From Patescibacteria group bacterium (GTDB lineage: Bacteria; Patescibacteriota; Minisyncoccia; Phycocordibacterales; WO2-35-19), in contig JBBTSI010000003.1 in assembly GCA_038064735.1 (NCBI GenBank), positions 21,154-85,153 on the forward strand: a DNA stretch of 64,000 bases, read 5' to 3'. Positions 48,149 through 56,665 of this stretch are shown in pieces. The first letter of the stretch is position 1; every line of letters begins with the position of its first letter. The notes under the pieces were generated by a model, which searched no databases, was not told the DNA's origin, and worked only from the letters and a program-made list of their open reading frames with translations. The position numbers and the translations under genes are program-made.

Positions 48149-48598
48149 TTATCTCTCGAGCCTTTTTCTTAGTTCATCTATGACCGCTTTCTCCCAATAT
48201 TTCATGGAAAACCAACCAATAAGTGGCCGTGCAACTATACGGAGCCAGAGTTTATGGATGGCGACTTGATAAGTATAATTGATGATGGTTCCTTCAGGAT
48301 CTTCAGATAGCAAAAATTCTTCGTGGCCGGAAGTTCCAAATTTAGGGCTTTCATTATCTGAAATAAACCCTTTTCCGGGGAGGATTTGATATTTCATTTT
48401 CACTGGAAACTTTTGGCCAAATGATTTCACGCTTGCATCCATTTCTAAATTATTTCCTTCGCGTTTAACGACTCGTATAGATTCCGCGACTTTCGGAAAA
48501 TATTCAGGCCATTTTTCAAAGTCAGTCATTATGTTAAATACATCCATTAGAGGAGCTTTGATAAGCCACTTGGCCTGGAGAGTGATGTTGTCTTTCAT
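48149..48598 (-). CDS. SRPBCC/polyketide cyclase family protein
   Basis: IKAPLMDVFNIMTDFEKWPEYFP; start corrected. Confidence 0.75.
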   Translation of the reverse strand: MKDNITLQAKWLIKAPLMDVFNIMTDFEKWPEYFPKVAESIRVVKREGNNLEMDASVKSFGQKFPVKMKYQILPGKGFISDNESPKFGTSGHEEFLLSEDPEGTIINYTYQVAIHKLWLRIVARPLIGWFSMKYWEKAVIDELRKRLER

Positions 48599-48791
48599 AT
48601 AAAAATTATACCACACAACTTTGCTCCACTTGGTAGAGGATGTTATTGTATCCCGCCGTAGCTCTATAAGAGCGAAGGAGGAGAAATTGTTTTGAAAATT
48701 TTAAATAAAAAGCCACCGCTTGGTCGGTGGCATCGCAAATTGGTTATTGGGAGAAATGAATAAAAAAGAAAGGATATTTTTACATAATCAA

Positions 48792-48825
48792 GAACGGCTC
48801 AACGATATTTATCGTTGAGCCGTTC
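48792..48825 (-). terminator. hairpin downstream of tRNA-Asn
   Basis: GAACGGCTCAACGAT-loop-ATCGTTGAGCCGTTC. Confidence 0.6.
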
Positions 48826-48851
48826 CACATGTTTACCAAATAATCACTAAG

Positions 48852-49158
48852 CTCCGCGGGTTGGATTCGAACCAACGACCAATCGCTTACATAGAATCTC
48901 CTATTACTAGAAGTATGGACTATATCATCCCCATGTCTTTTGATTTAGGGGCGAGGGGCTTCGAACGTGAAATAAACACGTCCTACTCCATAAAGGATAG
49001 TCTCTACACCTTCCCTGACTTTTGTCTGGGCTTGGCTCGGGATTGCCCGCTTTTTAAAGCTTGGGTTTCCCCGAATTCACCTCGTTTTTCATCCAAAATT
49101 TCTTTTGGAAGCTGCATTATAAATACAGGCGACTGCGCTACCGCTGCGCCACCGCGGA
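48852..49158 (-). tRNA. tRNA-Asn(GTT) split by a group I intron (exons 49125-49158 and 48852-48889)
   Basis: Joined exons give TCCGCGG...GTCGC-CT GT^T AA-GCGAT...GGTTCGAATCC...CCGCGGA-G. Confidence 0.92.
48890..49124 (-). ncRNA. group I intron (235 nt, ORF-less)
   Basis: 5' exon ends in U pairing with IGS GCAG; P/Q/R/S-like cores GAATTCGGGGAAACC, AATCCCGAGCCAAG, GTGTAGAGACT, GATATAGTCC; terminal G. Confidence 0.92.
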
Positions 49159-49167
49159 GCTTAATGA

Positions 49168-49515
49168 TTATTTATTTTTCAAGTTACAAATCTCTTTCGG
49201 GATTTTTGTGATCTCATCATGGACTTCCATATGACAATTCGCACAAAGCAACACACATTTGTCTATTTCTTTGCGAAGCCTTTCCCACGAACGTGTTAAA
49301 CCCTTAGAAGACATATCGAAGTCTTTGTTTTTAGGATTTACATGGTGGAAACTCAATGCTCGTGAGCATTTATTGTAACCACATATCGCGCATTTGTTGC
49401 CTTTATAAGATCTAGCCATTTCACGCAGTTTTATTCTTCTGCGTTTAACAGCCATAACCATATACTTTGCTCGATCGGCATAAGTCCTTGTCTCTTTTCT
49501 TATTTTGGTATACAC
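49168..49515 (-). CDS. HNH endonuclease (Zn-binding), free-standing
   Basis: CAICGY...FHHVNP...CVLLCANCHMEVH; start uncertain (GTG 6 nt after TGGTATACT; ORF open to 49548). Confidence 0.82.
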   Translation of the reverse strand: MYTKIRKETRTYADRAKYMVMAVKRRRIKLREMARSYKGNKCAICGYNKCSRALSFHHVNPKNKDFDMSSKGLTRSWERLRKEIDKCVLLCANCHMEVHDEITKIPKEICNLKNK

Positions 49516-49611
49516 AACATAAGTATACCACATAAATTTAAAGAACATTGCTATTGTAGCAAAAATCTATACGGTTGCAATAACGAAAATATATTTGGTA
49601 TACTTATATGT

Positions 49612-50049
49612 ATGTTATACAAAGATTATTTAAAAACATTTACTGGCTGTCCATTTTGTGGACATGTAGATGATAGATTTATAAAAGAAGAAGATGAAGC
49701 TTTTTTGACGTATTCTATTGCTCCTTATCACAAACATCATATGCTGGTGATACCAAAGCGTCACGTGGCAAAATATGAAGATTTGAATGAACAAGAAGTA
49801 AGAGCGATGGAAAAACTTTTGCTAAGCGGAATCAAAACTATAAAAGCTTTGGGATATGAAAATTACACTATTTTGCTACGAAATGGAGAAGATGCGGGCA
49901 AAAGCGTAGAACACTTGCATTATCATATTGTTCCGACAGTTATTGTTGGAGATCTTGATCATAAAGGGGAAGAAAGAAGAGTAATGACTAAAGAAGAAAT
50001 TGAAGAATTTTTTGAAGATTTCAAAAAAGTGGAAGTTTCTAATGGGTAA
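49612..50049 (+). CDS. HIT family protein
   Basis: CPFC, HMLVIPKRH, AGKSVEHLHYHIVP. Confidence 0.9.
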   Translation: MLYKDYLKTFTGCPFCGHVDDRFIKEEDEAFLTYSIAPYHKHHMLVIPKRHVAKYEDLNEQEVRAMEKLLLSGIKTIKALGYENYTILLRNGEDAGKSVEHLHYHIVPTVIVGDLDHKGEERRVMTKEEIEEFFEDFKKVEVSNG

Positions 50050-50092
50050 ATGTTTTTCAAATGGCAGTGTAACTTTATGGTAGAATTATATT

Positions 50093-50950
50093 ATGATTCC
50101 CAAACAGTATAAACACGAAAAAATAGTCACTATTATTGTGGCAATATTGGCGGTTTTGGGCTTATTTGTGGCCGGATATTTTTACCAACTTACATATAAA
50201 GGGATTTTGCAAAATATCGCCGATTCGGAAACAGTTATCGTTGGTTTTGAAAATATAAATGCGAACCTTCGAAATTCACTCGGTACAGAACGCTACATAA
50301 ACAGCACTTTTTCCGGGCAAATAAATCAAATAGCTAATACCGTCGGCAAACTTGATCAACTTTCCAAGACCGATAAAGAGCTTCTGCAAAAATATTCTAA
50401 GGTTTACTTTTTAAATGAAAATTATATACCGGAAGATTTGACCAACATTCCATCTAATTATGTTTACGAGAAAGATAAAGAAATAAAATTTCACACTAAA
50501 GCTTTTCCTTTTTTACAAGATATGATAAATGCGGCCACTCGAAGCGGTATTAATTTGGAGATAATTTCCGGTTTTAGATCATTTAGCGACCAAAGCAGTT
50601 TAAAGAATGCTTACACCTTCACCTATGGGACTGGCGCCAACAAATTTTCAGCCGACCAAGGATATTCCGAACACCAATTGGGTACAACTATTGATTTTAC
50701 TACTCCTGATTTAGGTTCAGGTTATACTGATTTTGAAAAAGCAGCCGCTTATGATTGGCTTTTAAGTAACGCTTTTAAATATGGCTTTGTCATATCTTAT
50801 CTCAAAGGCAATGCTTATTATCAGTTTGAACCTTGGCATTGGCGTTTTGTAGGCAGAAGTTTGGCAAATATGCTTCGTCAAGAAAATAAGAATTTTTATG
50901 ATATTCCACAACGCACCATAGATGCATATCTTATAAATATTTTTGATTAA
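50093..50950 (+). CDS. D,D-carboxypeptidase (VanY/M15B)
   Basis: SGFRS, SEHQLGTTID, EPWHWRFVG; N-terminal TM. Confidence 0.88.
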   Translation: MIPKQYKHEKIVTIIVAILAVLGLFVAGYFYQLTYKGILQNIADSETVIVGFENINANLRNSLGTERYINSTFSGQINQIANTVGKLDQLSKTDKELLQKYSKVYFLNENYIPEDLTNIPSNYVYEKDKEIKFHTKAFPFLQDMINAATRSGINLEIISGFRSFSDQSSLKNAYTFTYGTGANKFSADQGYSEHQLGTTIDFTTPDLGSGYTDFEKAAAYDWLLSNAFKYGFVISYLKGNAYYQFEPWHWRFVGRSLANMLRQENKNFYDIPQRTIDAYLINIFD

Positions 50951-50978
50951 TAATTATTAAAAAATTAAAATAAAAAGT

Positions 50979-51344
50979 ATGAAGATAAACACAAAGGCCA
51001 CAGGTATTACTCTTACTCCTTCCATTTCAGATTATATAGAAAAGAAAGTTCAAATGCTGGAAAAGTTTTTACAAGGAGCTCAAGAAGTTTTGGTCAATGT
51101 GGAAGTAGGTAAGACTACTAAGCATCATAAATCAGGTGACGTTTTTATGGCGGAAATCCAAATTATTGCCGGGGGGCAGACTTATTATGCTAAAGAAGAG
51201 ACCAATGATTTATATGCGGCGATTGATGAAGTCAAAGATGAAATCGCTTACAAACTTTCTGGTGAAAAGAAAAAAACTCTGCATCTCTTAAGACGTGGTG
51301 GAGCTAAGATAAAAAATCTAATGAAGGGTTTTGGTAAAAAATAA
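50979..51344 (+). CDS. raiA: ribosome hibernation factor HPF/RaiA
   Basis: LTPSISDYIEKK, DLYAAIDEV. Confidence 0.88.
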   Translation: MKINTKATGITLTPSISDYIEKKVQMLEKFLQGAQEVLVNVEVGKTTKHHKSGDVFMAEIQIIAGGQTYYAKEETNDLYAAIDEVKDEIAYKLSGEKKKTLHLLRRGGAKIKNLMKGFGKK

Positions 51345-51355
51345 AAATAGTTAAC

Positions 51356-52330
51356 CTATCTTTGTCCTCGTAGAAAATCTTCAAAAGACATTTCATTTTT
51401 ACCTTCAGGTTTAACTTTCAAAATTTTTAGCTTGTTATCTTCAATCATGGCGTCAGTTATGATGATACGTTTATTGTTTAGGAAAAAGTAAGCAGTGGGC
51501 CATTCTTCAAACGCTTTTATTTTGAGCAAATTTTCATGAGCGTTTTTTTCTAAGTTTTCCAAATCTATTTTGAGTTCACCGTCTTCTTTTTTTATTTTTT
51601 GGCAATATGTCGCTTCTGTTTCTCTTTGCATAATTGGATCAATGGCACCGATGAGCCATTCAGGTAAAATGTGAGCAAAAAGTCTTGCTCCTTCTATGGC
51701 CAAATGTTTTTCTAATTCTTTGCGACCAAGTGGCCAGAGAGTTCTTGAAGTTGCAAGTTCAGAAATGCCTTGCGAGGCTGACTGAGCTGAGCACGAGGAA
51801 TTTTCTAGCAAGAAAATATCCGTGCATTTATGGGCTTGCGACGGAAAGAACTCGATTTTTCTTTGCACTACTATTGCTCCCGTATCCATACCTTCATCAA
51901 TTTTCATAATACTCACACCCACTTCTTGAGCATCTTCTAAAATCTGGCTTTGAATAGGAGAAGCTCCGCGGTATTTTGGAAGTAGAGAAGGATGAATGTT
52001 CAAAGTTTTGTGTTTTGGAATCTCAAAAACTTCAGGCGGAATTATTTTGCCGTAGGAGGCGACTAAGAAAAGCTCTGAGCTGAGAGCTTTGAGTTGAGAG
52101 ATTAAGTTCGGATTATTTTTGAGAGAGGCGGGTTCAATAACTTCAATATTATTTTCTTTAGCCCAAATTTTTACTGGAGTAGGAGTGAGCACTAGTTTTC
52201 GCCCTTTAGGTTTGTCTGGAGTAGTGATAATCAGAGAAGGTAAAATATTATGGATTTTTAATTCATCCAAAACATAAACACTAAATTCAGATGAGCCAAA
52301 AAACACCCAATTTATTTTTTTTGTAATCAT
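51356..52330 (-). CDS. fmt: methionyl-tRNA formyltransferase with in-frame inserts
   Basis: FFGSSEF, PDKPKGR, NIHPSLLPKYRGASPI; adjacent to def. Confidence 0.95.
   Translation of the reverse strand: MITKKINWVFFGSSEFSVYVLDELKIHNILPSLIITTPDKPKGRKLVLTPTPVKIWAKENNIEVIEPASLKNNPNLISQLKALSSELFLVASYGKIIPPEVFEIPKHKTLNIHPSLLPKYRGASPIQSQILEDAQEVGVSIMKIDEGMDTGAIVVQRKIEFFPSQAHKCTDIFLLENSSCSAQSASQGISELATSRTLWPLGRKELEKHLAIEGARLFAHILPEWLIGAIDPIMQRETEATYCQKIKKEDGELKIDLENLEKNAHENLLKIKAFEEWPTAYFFLNNKRIIITDAMIEDNKLKILKVKPEGKNEMSFEDFLRGQR
51739..51853. repeat. in-frame structured element (family D) in fmt
   Basis: GAGTTCTT/AAGAACTC outer IR; core shared with the rseP insert. Confidence 0.85.
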
Positions 52331-52890
52331 TTTTTTTCTGGCACCATTTCTTTTAAACCAGTAGCTTTATCGGTAAAAAGAACTCCGTCCAAATGATCGG
52401 TCTCGTGTTGGAAAGCTTGAGAGAGAAGGCCGGTGCCACCCATAGTGAAGGGTTTACCATTTTCATCGTAGGCTTTGACTAGGGTTTTTTCTGCTCTTTC
52501 TACTTTGCCATAGAGCCAGCGTACCGAAAGACAACCTTCTTCCATCGGCATTTTTTTCTTAGAAGTTTTTAATATTTGAGGGTTAATAAAAACCATATCT
52601 TTGTAACCCACTTGTTCTTCTGCAAAAGTTTCCAATTTTTCTCTTTTGGAAGCGGTGCTTTTCATTTTTTCTTCTGCCATTATTTCAAATATTTTTTTAG
52701 AAACTACAAAAATGCGCAAATTTTCTCCGATTTGCGGGGCAGCGATAGCGACGCCATCATCTTGACTGTCCAAAGCTTTTATCATTCTTCTTATAATGGT
52801 TTCTATCTTCCGGCTCCCAATTTCTTCAATAGGGACTTCTTTAGCTATTTTTCTTAATATTTTATTGTCTTTTTGTACGATTTCGTTCAT
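52327..52890 (-). CDS. def: peptide deformylase
   Basis: GVAIAAPQIG, EGCLS, QHETDHLDG. Confidence 0.96.
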   Translation of the reverse strand: MNEIVQKDNKILRKIAKEVPIEEIGSRKIETIIRRMIKALDSQDDGVAIAAPQIGENLRIFVVSKKIFEIMAEEKMKSTASKREKLETFAEEQVGYKDMVFINPQILKTSKKKMPMEEGCLSVRWLYGKVERAEKTLVKAYDENGKPFTMGGTGLLSQAFQHETDHLDGVLFTDKATGLKEMVPEKK

Positions 52891-52931
52891 ATCCTCATTC
52901 TACCACGAAAATTTCATCCCGTCCTATGGGT

Positions 52932-54836
52932 TTAGAGTAGATTATCCGGATCAACTTTAACATCAAAATGAGGGGGCAAGGATTTCAAAATTGAGAGCAG
53001 GGAAGAGTCAGGCCAATCTTTCCTTGGAAGTTTAATGACAGCGTTTACAGCTGCTTGTTCACCTCTTTTTTCGTGAGTGGAGGGGAAAACAGTGGCTCCT
53101 TTATCTGTGAGAATATTTTTTAAATTTTCTGCTTCCCTGTTGACGAAATTTTTGGTACCTCGTACCGTGATTTTTATGAAAATACCAAATGGCGGATAAC
53201 CTAAAACTTGTCGGTCTTCAATTTCTTTTTTATAAAATTCCACTAAGTTTCCAGTGATGCCAAATTCTACAGTGGAATCTTCCGGATTTCTGGTTTGAAT
53301 TATAAAATTTTCTTTGGCAATACTTTTAGTTTGTAAAATCAAACGGAATATTTTTTCTCGAATGCGGAAATCGGGGATGGAAAACAGAGAATCAAAAGAA
53401 CATATAGCGGAACTACCAACTTTTTTATATAAGTAAGGAAAAGCCATTTCGGTGCCCAAAAGTATACTACCTTTGTTTTCGTAAAAACTTTTAGAAACAC
53501 TTGTTGCTTGGACACTGGTTTCCGTAGCATCTTTATGAATTTCAAAAAGATTTATATTAGGGATTTCTTTTCTTATCTCTTCCGCTACTCGGTCAATGCC
53601 GGCGCCAAAAGCTGCCAATTTCCAACTGCCACAATTTTGGCAGATTTCAGCTGCATCACGAGTCTCACCACATTGATGACATTTGAAAGCTCCACCTGTT
53701 TTGGTTTTGTACAAAATCACTGGTGCAAAACAATTAGAACACTTGACTTGTTCACCGCAATCTCGGCACACAGTAACAGAAGAAATGCCTTTTCTAGCGG
53801 CAAAAATAAACATGTTGGAACTTTTTTCAATTACTTCTTTTATGAGTTTCAAAAGTTCCGGAGAAATGGTTTTAAATTCTCCTCCTTTTTCTTTCTTGGT
53901 GTTTTCTTTTAAGTTCACTACTGAAGTTTTAATTTCGCTAGGTAACCGCCATTTTACGTTTTCAAATTCCGAAATTTCTCCTTGTTTGTATCTGTACAAA
54001 GTTTCTGTCCGGAGGAAAGAATCACCGATAACCAAACGGATGTTGTTTGCTTTTGTTAAAGCTTCCATGAAAAATCTTAAATCTATGAAAGGTTTAGCTA
54101 GAGTTTTCCAACCACCTTCATTTTCTTTGTCCATAATGATGGTACCAAAATCATTCCTTGGTAAAAATAACCACTGAGAAGTGCTAATAATAAATACAGG
54201 ATGCTCTGTTTGGCAGGCTTTTTTCCATTCTTTAACCAAATCTTTTTTATTCATTTCATTATGAAAGACGCAAACGAATGATTCTATACCACGCTCCAAT
54301 TTATCTTTAGCTCGCCTCACATCTTCATTTTGGGGTAAGCACAAAAAAACGGATTTCTTTTTAGCAAATTCTTCTCTGACGAGCAGTCGATAAAGATCCA
54401 TCCTTTCTTCATTTGGAGCTTGTAGGATAGAGACTTCATTTTTTGTACCGGAAGTATTTTTTGGAAGTTGCTTTTTAGATGATATTTTCGATATGGTTTC
54501 CGGATTTTCCAAAACGAAAGAGGGAATTAAGTGAGGAAGTATATTACCCAAATTAGCCGAAAAGTATTTAGCCGTCACTTTAACTGCTTCCAAAAATTCT
54601 TTTTGCAAAAAAGGTTTTGATGTAAAAGCGGAAATTTTTTTTAATTGAAAATTTGCTGATTTTATTTCCGTTTTCATTTCGGTCACATCTCGACTTTTTG
54701 TGACCAAGGCCGGTACGCTTTTGTTTCTTATATTTATTTTGATGAGAGAGCCGGGCTCTAAATATTTTGGCCCAAAATAAGATAGGGACTCTTTATTCAG
54801 ACCTTTTGAAAATGGTAAACAATCTATTATGAACAT
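52932..54836 (-). CDS. priA: primosomal protein N' (PriA), helicase motifs degenerate
   Basis: Four CxxC pairs, IQTRNP, YPPF; Walker A absent. Confidence 0.8.
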   Translation of the reverse strand: MFIIDCLPFSKGLNKESLSYFGPKYLEPGSLIKINIRNKSVPALVTKSRDVTEMKTEIKSANFQLKKISAFTSKPFLQKEFLEAVKVTAKYFSANLGNILPHLIPSFVLENPETISKISSKKQLPKNTSGTKNEVSILQAPNEERMDLYRLLVREEFAKKKSVFLCLPQNEDVRRAKDKLERGIESFVCVFHNEMNKKDLVKEWKKACQTEHPVFIISTSQWLFLPRNDFGTIIMDKENEGGWKTLAKPFIDLRFFMEALTKANNIRLVIGDSFLRTETLYRYKQGEISEFENVKWRLPSEIKTSVVNLKENTKKEKGGEFKTISPELLKLIKEVIEKSSNMFIFAARKGISSVTVCRDCGEQVKCSNCFAPVILYKTKTGGAFKCHQCGETRDAAEICQNCGSWKLAAFGAGIDRVAEEIRKEIPNINLFEIHKDATETSVQATSVSKSFYENKGSILLGTEMAFPYLYKKVGSSAICSFDSLFSIPDFRIREKIFRLILQTKSIAKENFIIQTRNPEDSTVEFGITGNLVEFYKKEIEDRQVLGYPPFGIFIKITVRGTKNFVNREAENLKNILTDKGATVFPSTHEKRGEQAAVNAVIKLPRKDWPDSSLLSILKSLPPHFDVKVDPDNLL

Positions 54837-54908
54837 AGAAGAATTGTGGCAGAGATTTGGGTAAAGCTCAATATTGCTCTAGAGAGGAGTTACTTGTAGT
54901 ATTTGAGT

Positions 54909-55922
54909 ATGACTTTTTTATCTAAAAAACTCGGCATTGATTTGGGTACAGTCAATACTCTGGTTTTTGTGCCTGGCAAAGGTGTGGTACTCAACGAACC
55001 GTCAGTAGTCGCGATACTTTTGGAAAATAAAAGAATTTTGGCAGTGGGCAATGAGGCCAAAGAAATGATCGGTAGGACTCCGGAAGCGATAATGGCTTAC
55101 AGACCAATGAAAGACGGAGTTATCGCTGATTATAAAGTGACCGAAGCCATGCTCTCTTATTATATGAAAAAAGCTTTGGGGGGATGGAGTTTCGTTAAAC
55201 CTGAGGTTTTGATTTCGGTGCCGGCCGGCATCACCTCTACTGAAAGGCGGGCAGTGATAGAAGCAGCTATTAAATCTGGGGCTAGAAGTGCTTATGTGAT
55301 TAAGGAACCGATCTTGGCCGCTATCGGAGCCGGTGTTCCTATTTATGAAGCTCGAGGTCACATTATTATGGATATCGGTGGGGGTACGACCGATGTAGCT
55401 GTGATTTCTCTTGGGGGCATCGTCGCTTCTACATCTGTCAAATGTGCTGGTAACAAAATCGATGAGAGTATAGCTGATTACATCAAAAAAACTTTCAACT
55501 TGGCTATTGGAGACAAAACTGCCGAAGATATAAAAATAAAAGTAGGTTCAGCATTACCGATAGACGAAGAGCTTTCTGTGATGATAAAAGGCCGTGACCT
55601 GATTTCGGGACTGCCGAGATCGGTAGAAATAAAAACTAACGAAATTGTAAAAGCGATTTCTCGCGAGCTCAGAGAAATAATAAAAGCGGTTAAAGATGTC
55701 TTACAGGAAACCCCACCAGAACTTGCGGCCGATATTATAGATTATGGCATTATTATGACTGGTGGTACTTCATCTTTGCGAAATCTCCAAGAACTTATTT
55801 TCAGAAGGGTCGGAGTGAAAACTACTCTTGCCGAAGATCCGCTTTATTGTGTGGCCAAAGGTACCGGTATCGCACTAGAACATTTGGACGCTTACAAGAG
55901 GATGGTGGTTGGTAAAAAATAG
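54909..55922 (+). CDS. mreB: rod shape-determining protein MreB
   Basis: GIDLGTVNT, NEPSVVA, DIGGGTT, TGG. Confidence 0.95.
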   Translation: MTFLSKKLGIDLGTVNTLVFVPGKGVVLNEPSVVAILLENKRILAVGNEAKEMIGRTPEAIMAYRPMKDGVIADYKVTEAMLSYYMKKALGGWSFVKPEVLISVPAGITSTERRAVIEAAIKSGARSAYVIKEPILAAIGAGVPIYEARGHIIMDIGGGTTDVAVISLGGIVASTSVKCAGNKIDESIADYIKKTFNLAIGDKTAEDIKIKVGSALPIDEELSVMIKGRDLISGLPRSVEIKTNEIVKAISRELREIIKAVKDVLQETPPELAADIIDYGIIMTGGTSSLRNLQELIFRRVGVKTTLAEDPLYCVAKGTGIALEHLDAYKRMVVGKK

Positions 55923-55939
55923 TTCGACAAGCTCACTAT
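55919..55939. repeat. REP-like element supplying the mreB stop codon
   Basis: ATAGTTCGACAAGCTCACTAT imperfect hairpin. Confidence 0.5.
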
Positions 55940-55963
55940 AAATAATTAGAGACAAAAATAAAA

Positions 55964-56647
55964 ATGGACCAAAATAAAGAATTGCATCATGCGAGCGTTG
56001 TTATAGGAGATGATTGCCGTAGTTTTGTTTTGGAAATTTTGATCAATAGATTGAATTTTAATACAAAAGCCAATCCAGATTTTTTGCTTATAGAAAATCA
56101 AAGTTTTGGCATTGATGAAGTACGTAATCTCGAAAGATGGGCCATAGGTAAACCACTTGTCGGTGATGTCAAAGCTTCTTTAATAATAGTTAATTCCATC
56201 ACTTTTGAAGCTCAAAACGCTTTACTCAAAATTTTAGAAGAACCACCTTTGGGAACATATTTTTTTATAAATCTTCAAAGTCTGGGTGGATTACTTCCAA
56301 CTTTTCTTTCGAGAGTTAGAATTTTGTTTTTGAGGTCAGACCTTGAAAAAAAGTCCCAAAGGTCTGACCTCGGGGACGGCAATGCAAAAAAATTTTTACT
56401 TTCCCAAATTAAAGAAAAATTTTCTATGATACGTTCTCTTTCAAAAAAAGAAGACCCTACTTCGCTAAAGCTTCGAGGGGCAAGTAAAAATGAAATGAAA
56501 GAATTAATTAAAAATTTAGAGGAGATTGCTTACAAAAATAATTTTAAAGCTCAAGACTTAAAAAACATATTAATTGCTAAAACCTTCGCTTCTGTTAGGG
56601 GTTCTTCTCCCAAAATGCTTCTGGAGTGGCTTTCATGTGTGTTATAA
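55964..56647 (+). CDS. holB: DNA polymerase III delta-prime-like protein with two in-frame inserts
   Basis: NPDF, GIDEVR, EAQNALLKILEEPP, LLPTFLSR. Confidence 0.75.
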   Translation: MDQNKELHHASVVIGDDCRSFVLEILINRLNFNTKANPDFLLIENQSFGIDEVRNLERWAIGKPLVGDVKASLIIVNSITFEAQNALLKILEEPPLGTYFFINLQSLGGLLPTFLSRVRILFLRSDLEKKSQRSDLGDGNAKKFLLSQIKEKFSMIRSLSKKEDPTSLKLRGASKNEMKELIKNLEEIAYKNNFKAQDLKNILIAKTFASVRGSSPKMLLEWLSCVL

Positions 56648-56665
56648 TTTTATCCACATAAATCT

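Noticed and set aside
48861-49211. 116-aa ORF on the plus strand
   Set aside because: Antisense to tRNA-Asn and its group I intron
49506-49530. 8-bp inverted repeat at the HNH promoter
   Set aside because: Short and built from the self-complementary GTATAC of the -10 box; not distinguishable from chance
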